From NCBI GenBank assembly GCA_963849325.1, contig CAWKHF010000006.1, positions 480,001-544,000 of the forward strand: a stretch of DNA of 64,000 bases. The letters run 5' to 3'. Below, piece after piece: positions 34,462 through 45,000 of this stretch; the stretch's first letter is position 1; the number at the start of each line of letters is the position of its first letter. Source of the stretch: an uncultured Planctomycetota bacterium. Its GTDB lineage: Bacteria > Planctomycetota > Planctomycetia > Gemmatales > Gemmataceae. Made by a program: the position numbers and the translations under genes. The notes beneath the pieces were generated by a model that did no database searches, was not told the DNA's origin, and worked only from the letters and a program-made list of their open reading frames with translations.

Positions 34462-35146
34462 GGCCGGTTGGTGGATCGATCAGCACCACGTGAATCTCGC
34501 CTGGCCCATGTACGCCGGTCACCAGGCGCAGCTCGATGTCACCCGTCTTGCTCGGCCCGGTGATGAGGGATAGGCTGGCGGGCAGTTCCTCGGGCTTCAC
34601 TTCGGACGACGCGAACAGGTCAAACAGATCGGGAAGGAGCTGCCGTCGTTCGGCCACGGCGACGTGGATGGGCGGCAGGAGACTGAGCGAACGCGGCTGT
34701 CCCGGCCGGCTCGTCAAGATCACACTGCCCGTCTCGGCGACGAGATAATCCACGCCGGACAGGCCCAACTCGGCCTGAAAGAACGCATCCCGCACCGCCT
34801 GCCCCTCGTCTCCACCGACTTCCCTCACCTCGACCCCCGCGGCCCGCAACGGCTCGACGACCCTCAGCGCGGCCAGGACGTCGCCGCCCCCGACGAGCAC
34901 GCGCCGGGCCGAGCGCGTCCGCACCAAGTCGAGGACGACGGCCGCGGCGCCGGCATGGTCGGCGACGACGTGCGTGTGGCCCCCCGCGATCGTGAACTCG
35001 GCGCGGAAGCGAGCCACGGGATCGGCGCCCGCGCCCTGGTAGCCGACTGCGCCACGCTCGGGGAGGGCGGGTGTACGACCGGCGCGATTACCCTCGGCTA
35101 CCGCCTCGCGCACTCGCCGCAGGAATTCCTCTCGATTCTCGCTCAT
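34382..35146 (-). CDS. lutC: LutC/YkgG (LUD domain) protein
   Basis: LVAETGS, RSLSLLPPIH, ITGPSKTGDIE, GVHGP. Confidence 0.9.
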   Translation of the reverse strand: MSENREEFLRRVREAVAEGNRAGRTPALPERGAVGYQGAGADPVARFRAEFTIAGGHTHVVADHAGAAAVVLDLVRTRSARRVLVGGGDVLAALRVVEPLRAAGVEVREVGGDEGQAVRDAFFQAELGLSGVDYLVAETGSVILTSRPGQPRSLSLLPPIHVAVAERRQLLPDLFDLFASSEVKPEELPASLSLITGPSKTGDIELRLVTGVHGPGEIHVVLIDPPTGLSGATAPAVERGWPDAANPDGPVCGS

Positions 35147-35249
35147 AGCGACCTCCGTTACGCCGCCGACGGTTGAAGCCACTCCGTCCTTGCCATAGAC
35201 TCCCCCGAGAGGATACGACCCAGGCCCGTCCGGAGAAAGGAACAACTCC

Positions 35250-37221
35250 ATGAGGCTGCGATCGAATCGCGTTCTGTCGGCGATGTTGGCCGTCGTCCTC
35301 CTCGTCCAATCGGCCGGTCGCGCGGACAGATCTCCCAGGGGAGGCCAGCCAGGGACGCCAGCGCCGATCCATCCGCTCGATCCGCTCGACAAGGAAGAGC
35401 TGACAGCCACGGTCGCCGTGCTCAAGGCCGCCGGCAAGGTCGCCGACACCACCCGTTTCGTGCTGATTCATCTGCACGAACCGCTCAAGGACAAGGTGCT
35501 GGCCTACCGCCCCGGACAATCCCTCCCTCGCCGCGCCTTCGCCGTCCTCTACGACTGGGCCAACAACACGACCAGCGAGGCCATCGTGGACCTGGGCACG
35601 GAGAAGTTGGTTTCGTGGAAGGACATCGCCGGCGCTCAGCCGGCCACACTGCCCGAGGACGATCTGCCAAGGGCCGAAGCGATTGTCCGTGCCGATCCGC
35701 GCTGGCGTCAAGCCATGACGAAACGCGGCATCAAGGAGCTGGACAAAGTCATCATGAAGAGCTACCCGATCGGGGCGTACGCGCCGGAGGACGGGGATGG
35801 CTGCCGCCGCGCTCTCGTCGTTCTGTTCTCCCCCGAGTACGGCACCATCGACGACCTGATCGTGCTCGTGGACCTGACGAAGAAGAAGCTCTTCAAGCTG
35901 GAGGACAAAGACCCCAGTCCGTATCAAGTGAAGCGACACAACTTCCAGCCGATCGACGAGCACGATGAGCCTGCGGAGCCGGTCGGGCCGCCGCTCGCGG
36001 CGCCGGCCAAGGACGCTCGCTTCCAGGTCCGTGGCCGCGAGGTTCGCTGGGGCCACTGGCGCTTCCGTTTCGCCGTGCATCCGCGCGTTGGGCTGGTCCT
36101 GTACATGGTCGGCTATGAGGACCAGGGGCAGCTCCGCTCCGTGCTGTACCGCGCCGCGCTGTCGGAGATGGTCGTCCCCTATGGCGATCCGAATTGGGTT
36201 CTGTGGAGTCCGTTCGATGCGGGCGAGTACGGCATGGGCGTCTACGCCAAGTCGTCGCTGAACGCAGGGGCGGATGTGCCGGATGGCGCCTCTTTCTTCA
36301 GCGCCTGGCTGCACGATCCCAGGGGAACGCCGGTCGAACTGCCGCGAGCCGTGGCCTTGTACGAGCGCGATGGCGGCGTCTTGTGGCGCCACGGCCGCAA
36401 CGCTCGCCGAGCGCGACGAGCTGGTCCTGGCCTCCTTCGTGCGCGTGGACGAATACGACTACGGCTTCCACTGGATCTTCCACGAGGACGGCACGCTGGA
36501 GAAGGAAGTGCTTCTGACCGGCCGCATGAACGTCAAGCTGGTCGAGCGCGAACAGGATGAGGAGGGGCACGAGGGACGAACCCACTTCGGCCACCTGGTC
36601 GAGCCACACCTGGAGGCGCCGCATCATCAGCACTTCTTCAATTTCCGCCTCGACCTCGACGTGGATGGGCCGGGACGCAACACGGTGGTGGAATGGAACT
36701 CTGCGGCGCTGCCCGAAGGGGCGGACAACCCGCACGGCAACGCCTTCGTGATGAAGGAGACGCCGTTGCGGCGCGAGCGAGAAGCGCGGCGGCGGATGAA
36801 CTTTGCCACCGGCCGCAAGTGGAAGGTCGTCAACACCTGCGTCACCAATGCGCTGGGCCAGCCGACCGGCTACCTGCTCGTCCCCGGCGAGAACAGCCTT
36901 CCTCTCGCCACGGCCAAGTCGTTCGTGCGCCGGCACGCGGAGTTCGTCAACGCTCACCTGTGGGTCACACCTTACCGGCCGGACGAGCAGTACGCGGCCG
37001 GCGATTACGTCAACGGTGGTCCGCCCGGCGATGGTCTGCCGAAGTGGACCCGCGCCAATCGCTCCATCGAGGACGAGGACGTTGTTGTCTGGTACACGAT
37101 GGGCGTGACGCACGTTCCGCGGCCGGAGGAATGGCCGCTCATGCCGGTCCATCGCGCCGGTTTCAAGCTCGTGCCGGCCGGCTTCTTCGCGCGCAACCCG
37201 GCGATGAAGCCGGTGAAATAA
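35250..37221 (+). CDS. Copper amine oxidase-like protein with signal peptide (frameshift ~36405)
   Basis: HPLDPL, SEMVVPYGDP, FDAGEYG, YERDGG, HQHFFNFRLDLDVDG, THVPRPEEWPLMP. Confidence 0.9.
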
Positions 37222-37222
37222 A

Positions 37223-37275
37223 GTTTAGCCGCGACGCGCAGCGGAGCGCGCGTCCGCTGCGCGTCGCGGCTAAAC
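37223..37275. repeat. REP/REPIN-like palindrome, family C
   Basis: Between convergent genes; contains the lutB stop codon. Confidence 0.92.
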
Positions 37276-38682
37276 CAGTTTCGGCCAGCGCTCGCGGAAC
37301 GAGCGCGCCGCCGGCGCCGGGAAATCGCGGGCCGCCGTCCAGGCGGCACCCGGACCCGGTAGATGCCTCAGCCAGCCATCGCGGGCCAGCGGCCGCAGCA
37401 CCAGCCGGGCACAGCGCAGAGCAAGGCGATACAGCCACGGCCGCCGCAGCACCGCCGCCGACAGCCGATAGGCCAGCCTTTCTCCCAGCCCTTTGCCCCT
37501 CTCGTGCGTTTGCAATTCGCGCAACCCAATGAGCATATGAGGAATGTTGATTTTCACCGGGCAGGCCGCCTGGCAAGCCCCGCACAGCGACGAGACGTGA
37601 GGCAAATGGGGGTTATCGGCGACGCTGTCGTACAGTGGTGTCAGGATGCTGCCGATGGGACCGGAGTAAACGCCGCCGTAGGCGTGGCCGCCGATGCGGC
37701 GATAGACCGGGCAAGCGTTCAGACACGCTCCACAGCGGATGCACTGCAAGCTCTCGCGGAACGGCGTCGCCAACACGCGCGAACGGCCGTTGTCCAGAAG
37801 CACCAGATGAAACTCGTCCGGTCCATCCTGCTCGCCCGACCGGCGCGGCCCGGTGATCAGACTCGTATACACGGACAGCGTTTGCCCCGTCGCCGCCCGC
37901 GCCAGCAGTTTGAGAAACACCGGCACATCGATCCAGCGTGGCAGCACTTTCTCGATGCCCATGAGCGCGACGTGGACGCGCGGGCAGGTCGTCGTCAGGC
38001 GGGCGTTGCCCTCGTTGGAGACGAGTACGATGGTGCCCGTCTCGGCAACGGCGAAGTTGGCCCCGCTGATGCCCATGTCGGCATGGGCGAACTTCTCGCG
38101 CAGCAAGCGCCGGCCGGCCTGAGCCAGTGCGTGTGGTTCATCGGATAGCGCCTCGCCGCTGTGCTTGGACAGGATGCGCGCGATGCTCTCGCGCGTGTGG
38201 TGGACCGCCGGCGCGACGAGGTGCGACGGCCGTTCGCCGGCCAGTTGAATGATGAACTCGCCGAAGTCGGTCTCCGTCACTTCCAGTCCCGCCGCTTCGA
38301 GGGCCGGGTTGAGGTGGACTTCCTCGGAGGTCATCGACTTCGATTTGACGATGCGCCGGCAATTACTCTGCCGGGCGATGTCGAGGATGATGCGGCGAGC
38401 GTCGGCGGCGTTGGCCGCCCAGTGGACGTGGCCGCCGCACTTGTGGACGGATGTTTCCAGCTGTTCAAGATAGCGGTCGAGGTGGGCGAGGGTGTGTTCC
38501 TTGATGCGCTTGGCGTGGTCGCGGAGGGCGTCGCTGTCGGCCAGGGCTGCGTAACCACGGCGATTGCCGGCCATGAGCGTACTGGTGAGTCGGACCAGCG
38601 CCGCTTGCAAGGGCGGGTCGGCCAATGCCTGCCGGGCGGCGTTGAGGAAATCGTGATGCTCGTGCTGTGCGTAGGAGTTCAT
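37270..38682 (-). CDS. lutB: LutB/LldF Fe-S protein
   Basis: KSKSMTSEE, ETDFGE, SNEGN, CIRCGACLNACP, SSLCGACQAACP. Confidence 0.95.
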   Translation of the reverse strand: MNSYAQHEHHDFLNAARQALADPPLQAALVRLTSTLMAGNRRGYAALADSDALRDHAKRIKEHTLAHLDRYLEQLETSVHKCGGHVHWAANAADARRIILDIARQSNCRRIVKSKSMTSEEVHLNPALEAAGLEVTETDFGEFIIQLAGERPSHLVAPAVHHTRESIARILSKHSGEALSDEPHALAQAGRRLLREKFAHADMGISGANFAVAETGTIVLVSNEGNARLTTTCPRVHVALMGIEKVLPRWIDVPVFLKLLARAATGQTLSVYTSLITGPRRSGEQDGPDEFHLVLLDNGRSRVLATPFRESLQCIRCGACLNACPVYRRIGGHAYGGVYSGPIGSILTPLYDSVADNPHLPHVSSLCGACQAACPVKINIPHMLIGLRELQTHERGKGLGERLAYRLSAAVLRRPWLYRLALRCARLVLRPLARDGWLRHLPGPGAAWTAARDFPAPAARSFRERWPKLV

Positions 38683-38788
38683 ACACGCATCCTAACCGTC
38701 CGACTCCCCTGTTTCGTCTGGACAGACGTTTAGAGGTACAGCATAGTTACCTTCTGGAGAAGCGGAGAGAGGATCTCGGACATCGTGA

Positions 38789-39751
38789 ATGGCGGTCGAG
38801 CGCATGCCCAATCCCAAACCGAAAAAGGACCGTGGCCGCCCTCATGGCACCCCACTCTTCCCGATCGGACAAGGACTATATGAGATCGTCCATGTCGATG
38901 CCTTCGACTGGCTCGCCCGCGCAACCCTGTTCCGTTCATGCGGTCGTCACCGATCCTCCTTATGGTCTCCTGGAATACACCCCCCGAGAGCTGGAGAAGA
39001 TGCGGAATGGGCGCGGAGGGGTTTGGCGCATTCCTCCCGCCTTTGACGGTTGCCGGCGAAAGCCTTTACCGCGCTTCACGGTGTTGACGCCTTCGGATCA
39101 GACGGCCTTGCGCTTGTTTTTTCAACGTCTGGCCGAACGCCTGATCCCGGTCCTCGTGCCTGGCGCCCATGTCTTCATTGCGACCAATCCCCTGGTTTCG
39201 CATTTGGTCTACGAACCGTTTCTCGCGGCCGGCTTTGAAAAACGGGGGGAGATCATTCGCCTTGTGTACACGCTGCGCGGGGGAGACCGCCCGAAGAATG
39301 CCCATACGGAGTTCGCGGAGGTCTCGGTGATGCCGAAATCCTGTTGGGAACCCTGGGGATTGTTCCGCAAACCGTGTGAGGGGCGCGTTCAAGACAATTC
39401 CGCAAATGGAAAACCGGCGGCCTGCGCCGCATCTCGGCGGACGAGCCTTTCAAGGACTTGATTGCCTCATCTCCCGCGCGGGGTTACGAGCGTGAAGTTG
39501 CGACGCATCCCTCGCTCAAGCCGCAACATTTCCTTCGCCAGCTCGTCCGCGCCGCCTTGCCCCTTGGCGAAGGCGTTATCCTCGATCCCTTCATGGGTTC
39601 GGGGTCAACGATTGCGGCCGCCGCCGCATGTGGATTGCGGAGTATCGGTCTGGAGATCGACACCACCTACTTTCAGATCGCTGCCAGGGCTATCCCCCTG
39701 CTGGCAGAATACGTCTCCCCTGAGAGTAAACGTAATGGTACGGAAAGATGA
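38789..39751 (+). CDS. N4/N6 DNA methyltransferase, beta class (frameshifts ~38920 and ~39400)
   Basis: VTDPPYG (motif IV) precedes HPSLKP and ILDPFMGSGST (motif I). Confidence 0.92.
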
Positions 39752-40352
39752 CTTGGACGCATCGGTCGCTCTGCCTCCTGGCCTGGATGCGGGAGCAATT
39801 CGCCGAGCGATCGAGTACATGGAACGCGAGTTAGTCGATCTAGTCGAACTTTACGAGGAGCAAGCCAACGTGTTCAGCGCCGTGGTCGGTATCTTTGGCA
39901 CGAAAGCTTTGGACTCCGTCAGCAACTACGAGAAACACCGCCACCGAGACACAGCGCAACAACACTTCCCGGACTTGCGGCGTTGTGGCTCCGGCTCAAC
40001 TCCTTCTCCCCAGGAATCGCTGGAGAGCAAGGGGAGTAAGCGGCCCTGGTCTATCCAGTCCCATTATGATCATCCGGGCTGGTACATCGTTTGGCGCTAT
40101 CTTGTCGATCCCACGGAATCCCTCGAACCCGGTAAGCCCGTCGTCATCTGGCGCGTGGATGTCGTCTTTCTGGAGAAATCCGACTGGAAGTACGAGAAGA
40201 GCAGCGCCGGCGAGACGGGGGGTGGGAGGACGCACACGTTCGGAGTGAAGAACCCGGCGAAGAAGCTGCGCGAATGTGCGGTTTATCAGCGCAAGGATGT
40301 CGTTATCCGTGACGGCAAGCCCATTCCCCGCAATGGTAATGATAATTCCTGA
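39735..40352 (+). CDS. Putative type II restriction endonuclease (PD-(D/E)xK)
   Basis: Overlaps the MTase by 17 bp; FPDL...LESK motif; lower GC. Confidence 0.6.
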   Translation: MVRKDDLDASVALPPGLDAGAIRRAIEYMERELVDLVELYEEQANVFSAVVGIFGTKALDSVSNYEKHRHRDTAQQHFPDLRRCGSGSTPSPQESLESKGSKRPWSIQSHYDHPGWYIVWRYLVDPTESLEPGKPVVIWRVDVVFLEKSDWKYEKSSAGETGGGRTHTFGVKNPAKKLRECAVYQRKDVVIRDGKPIPRNGNDNS

Positions 40353-40365
40353 CCTGCATCGTCTC

Positions 40366-41082
40366 TCAGGTATTCTCCAGCACTTGAGCTAGATGCAGCG
40401 CCCGCACGCCACTACCGCGGCGACGCAGACAGCCGGCGATGTTCATCAGGCAACCGGCGTCTGTGGCGACCACGGCCGACACCCCGGCCTTGTCGATAAA
40501 CGATGCCTTGTCCTGCACCATCGCCCCGCTGATGCCGGGATAACGCACCGCGAACGAGCCGCCGAAGCCGCAGCACTCGTCCGCACGCTCCAGCTTGACG
40601 TACTCCAGTCCCTTCACCCGCGCCAGCAAACGCTCCGGCTCCGTCAGCAGTCCCAGGCCGCGCAGATGGCAGGCCATGTGATACGTCACCCGGCCCTCGA
40701 AGCGCGCTTCCACGTCCTCCCGGCCGAGCACGTTCACAAGGAAATCCGACAGCTCGTGCGTCCGTCGCGCCAGGTCCAGGGCGCGCGGGTGCCAGACAGG
40801 GTCATCGTGGAACAATTCGGGATATTCTAATTTAATCATGGCCGCACACGAACCGGATGGGGCCACGACCGTTTGCCCGTTGTCGAAGGTGCGGAGCGTG
40901 TGACGTGCCAGTTCGCGGGCCTCGTTGTGATAGCCGCTGTTGAAGTGCGGTTGGCCGCAGCAGGTTTGCGCCTCGGGGAAATCCACGGCGACGCCCAGGC
41001 GGCGGAGCAGGCGCACCGTGGCCACGCCCACGTCGGGGAAAAGCGCGTCGCCCAGGCAGGTCACGAGCAGCGAGACGTTCAT
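40366..41082 (-). CDS. lutA: LutA/YkgE CCG-domain Fe-S protein
   Basis: TCLGD, QTCCGQP, PSGSC, YHMACH, CCGFGG, DAGC. Confidence 0.93.
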   Translation of the reverse strand: MNVSLLVTCLGDALFPDVGVATVRLLRRLGVAVDFPEAQTCCGQPHFNSGYHNEARELARHTLRTFDNGQTVVAPSGSCAAMIKLEYPELFHDDPVWHPRALDLARRTHELSDFLVNVLGREDVEARFEGRVTYHMACHLRGLGLLTEPERLLARVKGLEYVKLERADECCGFGGSFAVRYPGISGAMVQDKASFIDKAGVSAVVATDAGCLMNIAGCLRRRGSGVRALHLAQVLENT

Positions 41083-41088
41083 GAGCAG

Positions 41089-41829
41089 TCACAGCAAGCG
41101 CCGGCTCTCCTGTTCGAGGCCGTGGTGGACGAAGCGCACCACGCGCTCGGCCATGTGGTTGAAATAGTCCCAGCTGTGGCCGCCGGCGCGGGTGGTCAAA
41201 TCGAACTCGTGCGACACGCCCAGGGCGCTCAGCTTCTCGTGCAGCCGGTCGTTGCCGCGGAACCAGGCGGCGTCGGTCGGATCGATGCCGAAGAAGATGT
41301 GCGGCGGATAGCGGCTGGGGTGGACGTGCATCGGCACCGTGTCCTGGCGGCATTGCTCCTTGCTGTCATACATCTCGTCAATGGGCGTGCCTTGGCCGTA
41401 CAGTTCGTAATACTCGATGGCCGGCGAAATCGCGGCCACGACCGGAAACACGTCCGGGTGTTTGAACGCCAGTCGCAGCGCCCCCTGGCCGCCCATGCTG
41501 ATGCCCTGGATGCCGATGCCGCGCGGCGCCAGGTTCCAGCGCTGGCGGAAGAACGGCACGACGCTTTGCAGCAGATAGCGTTCCGGTGTCACCTCGGGAT
41601 CGAACTCGGTACAGACGCGGTCACCCCACCACGAGCGCTGGCCGTGTGGACAGATGCAGACCAGCCGCAGTTCATCAAATAATCGTGTAAAGGCGGGGCG
41701 CTCGATGAGCGTGTGCAGACCGGCACCGTGCAAATGCAGGACGGCGAAGCGCGGTTGGACCGCGGCGGGCAAGTCGTAGACGTCGGCCGATTTGCCGCCG
41801 ATGTCCAGGCGAGACCAGGAGCCGTTCAT
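41089..41829 (-). CDS. Putative esterase (alpha/beta hydrolase)
   Basis: LHG, GISMGG nucleophile elbow, GGHSWDYF; TATAAT and an RBS upstream. Confidence 0.88.
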   Translation of the reverse strand: MNGSWSRLDIGGKSADVYDLPAAVQPRFAVLHLHGAGLHTLIERPAFTRLFDELRLVCICPHGQRSWWGDRVCTEFDPEVTPERYLLQSVVPFFRQRWNLAPRGIGIQGISMGGQGALRLAFKHPDVFPVVAAISPAIEYYELYGQGTPIDEMYDSKEQCRQDTVPMHVHPSRYPPHIFFGIDPTDAAWFRGNDRLHEKLSALGVSHEFDLTTRAGGHSWDYFNHMAERVVRFVHHGLEQESRRLL

Positions 41830-41883
41830 GGGTTTCCTTTCGCTGAACTCCACGGCTCATTATAGCTATCGGCGGCAGCGGAC

Positions 41884-41924
41884 AAAAAAAGAGCCGCCGG
41901 CAATCCCCTCACTGCCGGCGGCTC
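41884..41924 (-). terminator. Rho-independent terminator
   Basis: 12-bp GC stem GAGCCGCCGGCA/TGCCGGCGGCTC followed by T7 on the minus strand. Confidence 0.88.
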
Positions 41925-41959
41925 ACAAGGTCCTCTTCTTCTCCCCAAAGCAGAGGACA
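41884..41959 (-). ncRNA. Candidate ~76-nt small RNA with two hairpins
   Basis: Bounded by TTGCAC-N17-TAGGTT and an intrinsic terminator; GGA in both loops. Confidence 0.5.
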
Positions 41960-41964
41960 TTAGT

Positions 41965-41993
41965 AACCTAGGTCACGATTTTGCCGAGTGCAA
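41965..41993 (-). promoter_or_regulatory. Sigma70-like promoter TTGCAC-N17-TAGGTT
   Basis: 17-bp spacer; AT-richer intergenic context. Confidence 0.5.
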
Positions 41994-42067
41994 GTTTCGC
42001 ACGATTTCTTCTGGGAGAAGAGGAATTAGGGGTATTTCCATCCGGTGGACGCGAGCGGAACGTCTGT

Positions 42068-45000
42068 CTACGGCGGCAGCGAAGGACGGTCCCAGTCGCC
42101 GAGTTGGCGCTGCAACTCGTCCCAGCTCAGCGGCCGGCGCGGCACGCGGAAGTAGTTCTCGGCCAGCACCGCGATCGTCGTTCGCGCCGCCTGTACCCGA
42201 TGTACTTCCATCTCCAGCCGGCGCAGCCAGTACGGCACGTCGAGTCCGACGCCCATCGGCGTGGCCGTGTACACCTTCAACTCTTTCCGCAAGCGCGCGA
42301 AGGCCGGCCGTTCGCCTTCCTGCCGGGCTTCGCGCATGGCCGGCTCGATGAGGGCACACAGTCGATCCAGCGCCAGCGGCTTGACGAAGCGCTCACTCAG
42401 GCGGTCGCGGATGGTGCTCAGACGCATGCCGCGGACGCGCTCCAGGCGCTCCAGCTGGTCGAGGTGGCGGTGGGCCAGGTCGCGCGTAACGCGGTTCAGC
42501 GACTGCTCCCACAATATGGCGGCCTGTCCCCGGCCGCGCCGCGCCAGTACCTCGTGGGCCAGCACCAGCGGCCGGAACTGCCAGGCGTGCCGCTCGTAGG
42601 CCGCCTTCAGCCGCAAAAACTCCAGCAGGACGTGCAGGTTCTCGCCGTAGTCGGACTGCGTCGTCGTCGTGTTGTAGTCCTTGTATTCCTCGTAATTCTC
42701 GATGACCGCTTGCAGGACGATCTCCAGGCGGCGGATCGCGTCCTCCCGACGGATGGTCCGGCCCAGTTCCTCGAGCAGGCGCACCGGATGCAGCGGATCG
42801 GGATTGTCGCTGAGGTAGTCAAGATAGGCGGCGGCGCCGCGGTGCAGGATGCCGCGCAGGTTGGCCAACGTCATGAAGCGCGCATGGAACAGGTCGGCGC
42901 CGTAGCGCTGTACGAACGCCTGCACGGCCCGCCATTCCGACTCGCCCGTCAGCGTCTCCAGCACCGACAATTGCAGTGATCGGCTGTGCTCGATCCACAG
43001 CGTCAGGAACGGCGCGGTCAGGCGTTCGAGCACCCCAACCAGTTCCTCGTCGCCGCCGTGCCGGGGATCCCAGGTCGGCGCGGAGGCGACGACGCTTTCG
43101 ACGACGGCCTGGTAGGCGGCCTGGAAGAAGTGGTTGAACTCGGTGACGCCTCGGCCGCGCATCGGCTGGGACTGTTCCATGGCGCGGGCCGTCCGCAACA
43201 GATCGTAGGTTTCGCGGAGCAGACCGAGACGCGGCAGGTTGGCCAGCAGTGCCCGCAGGACGGTCTGGGCCACGCGCACGCGCAGAATCTGACGCGGTAC
43301 GCCGCCCTCGGTCAGCGGCGTGAACAGAAGCGGCTCCGACTGGAACCGATCGAGGAACGCGGGTAGCACCTGGCGCACCGCGGCCGACTCGCCGGCGAAC
43401 AGCGCCTGCTCCAGCCGAATGGCCGAAGCCTCCCATTCCGCGGCGGGGAGATCGGACGTTTCCTCGGCGGTTTCTCCCGTCGCGCCCTGCAAGGCGCCGA
43501 CGGCCAGCGACGTGTCCAGGCAGGCGCCGATGGCCGTGAACAGCAGCTGCTCCTTGAGGACGCGGCGGCGGTCGTACTCGACCAGCGAGTCGTAATCGCC
43601 GGTCGGCTCGTGGATCGGATGCGTGTGGATGGCGTCGAGCAGGGTGAGCAGGCGTCGCTGATTGTTGCGCGCGGTGCTCAGCCAGCCGGCCGGCGTCGCG
43701 TCCCAGTTCGCGCCGGCGCGTTGGTCCTCCGTTACCGTCCGTGCCGCGATCTGCCACAACCGGGCCAGGGTGGACAAAAAGTGCAGTCGTTTCTCCAGGC
43801 GCGCGCCCTCCCCCTCCAGATCGAACTCCTCGACCGGGCCGCCGTCGGCGACGGCGCCTTCGTCGTCACCGCCGGTGGTGTCGCGGTAGGTGACGTCCTC
43901 ATAGGCGGCGCCGAAAACGTCTTCCTCGTCCTCCTCCGCCGGCATCGGACCGAACAGCTCCAGCGCCGGGACCTGCCAGTACTCCTCGGCATTGGCTTCC
44001 AGGTAGTCGAAGAACTTGACGATCAACTCACGACGAATGGCGAGTGGCGAGTGGCGAGTGGCGAGGGAAGAGGCTTCTTCTTCCTTCGCCACTAACCACT
44101 TGCCACTCGCCACTCGCCACTCCGGATTGGCGACGGCCAGCATCCAGCGCAGGGCCAGGGCGTGGAAGGACGAAACATTGTCTTCGAGCGGCACCTGCTC
44201 GGCCTGGCTCAGCCAGCTGCACAACAGCGCCAGGGCGGCGCGATAATCGGCCTTGCGTAACAGCGTATCCACGACCAGGGCAAACGCCTTGGGCGAGTGG
44301 AACTGTTCGAGCTGGCCGCGCCAGAAGCCGAGGTCGGCGCTGGCCTCACCGCGCTCGTGCCAACCGGCCAGCGCCCGGGCCACGCCCCGCGCCGACGACG
44401 CCGCCTCGCCGCCGTGCAGCCGCCGCACGTCGCCGACCTCCACCGTGGCGAAACGGTCCCACCACTCCGCCAACCGCTTCAGGCCGGCCGTCAACGTCTG
44501 GACTAGTTCGCCATCACCGGCGGCGGCTCCCTCGCTCATCAGGCGCGCGTAGAGATGAAAAATCTGCTCGACGACCTGGATCAGTTCCTCAACGCGCGGA
44601 TCGCGGATGCTGTCCTCGCGGGCCGGCGATAGCGGGAATAGCCCCTGGAAGCCGAGGATGTTCCACGGATCGACGAAGGCGCCGCAGGCGATACCGCGGT
44701 GCAGCAGGTCCTCGACCTCGGGCAAGCGTCGGGCCGAGTCGCGCAAGCGGCCCTGGTCGGCCTCGACCTGCCCGCTCGTCAATCGGCCGAGCATTTCGCT
44801 GAGCAGGCGCATGGACACGGCGGGAATGCGACCGGCCTCGGCCCGGCTGGACTCCGGGTAGCCCATCTCGGCGAACAGCAGCGCCAGATCGCGCTGCTGC
44901 AACTGCGTGGCGCGATGGCGGGCCAGGTAAGCGTTGAGGTGCTGACGGGCGCCGCCGAACGCCTGCCGCGTCGTCGCCTGCTCCTCGCGCAGCCGGGCCG

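Noticed and set aside
38690-38745. CCTAAC...GTTTAG hairpin upstream of the MTase as an attC site
   Set aside because: Too short and degenerate, and no matching site after the endonuclease gene
41826-41960. 44-codon leaderless ORF across the candidate sRNA
   Set aside because: It runs through an intrinsic terminator and a promoter, and has no RBS or coding-like composition
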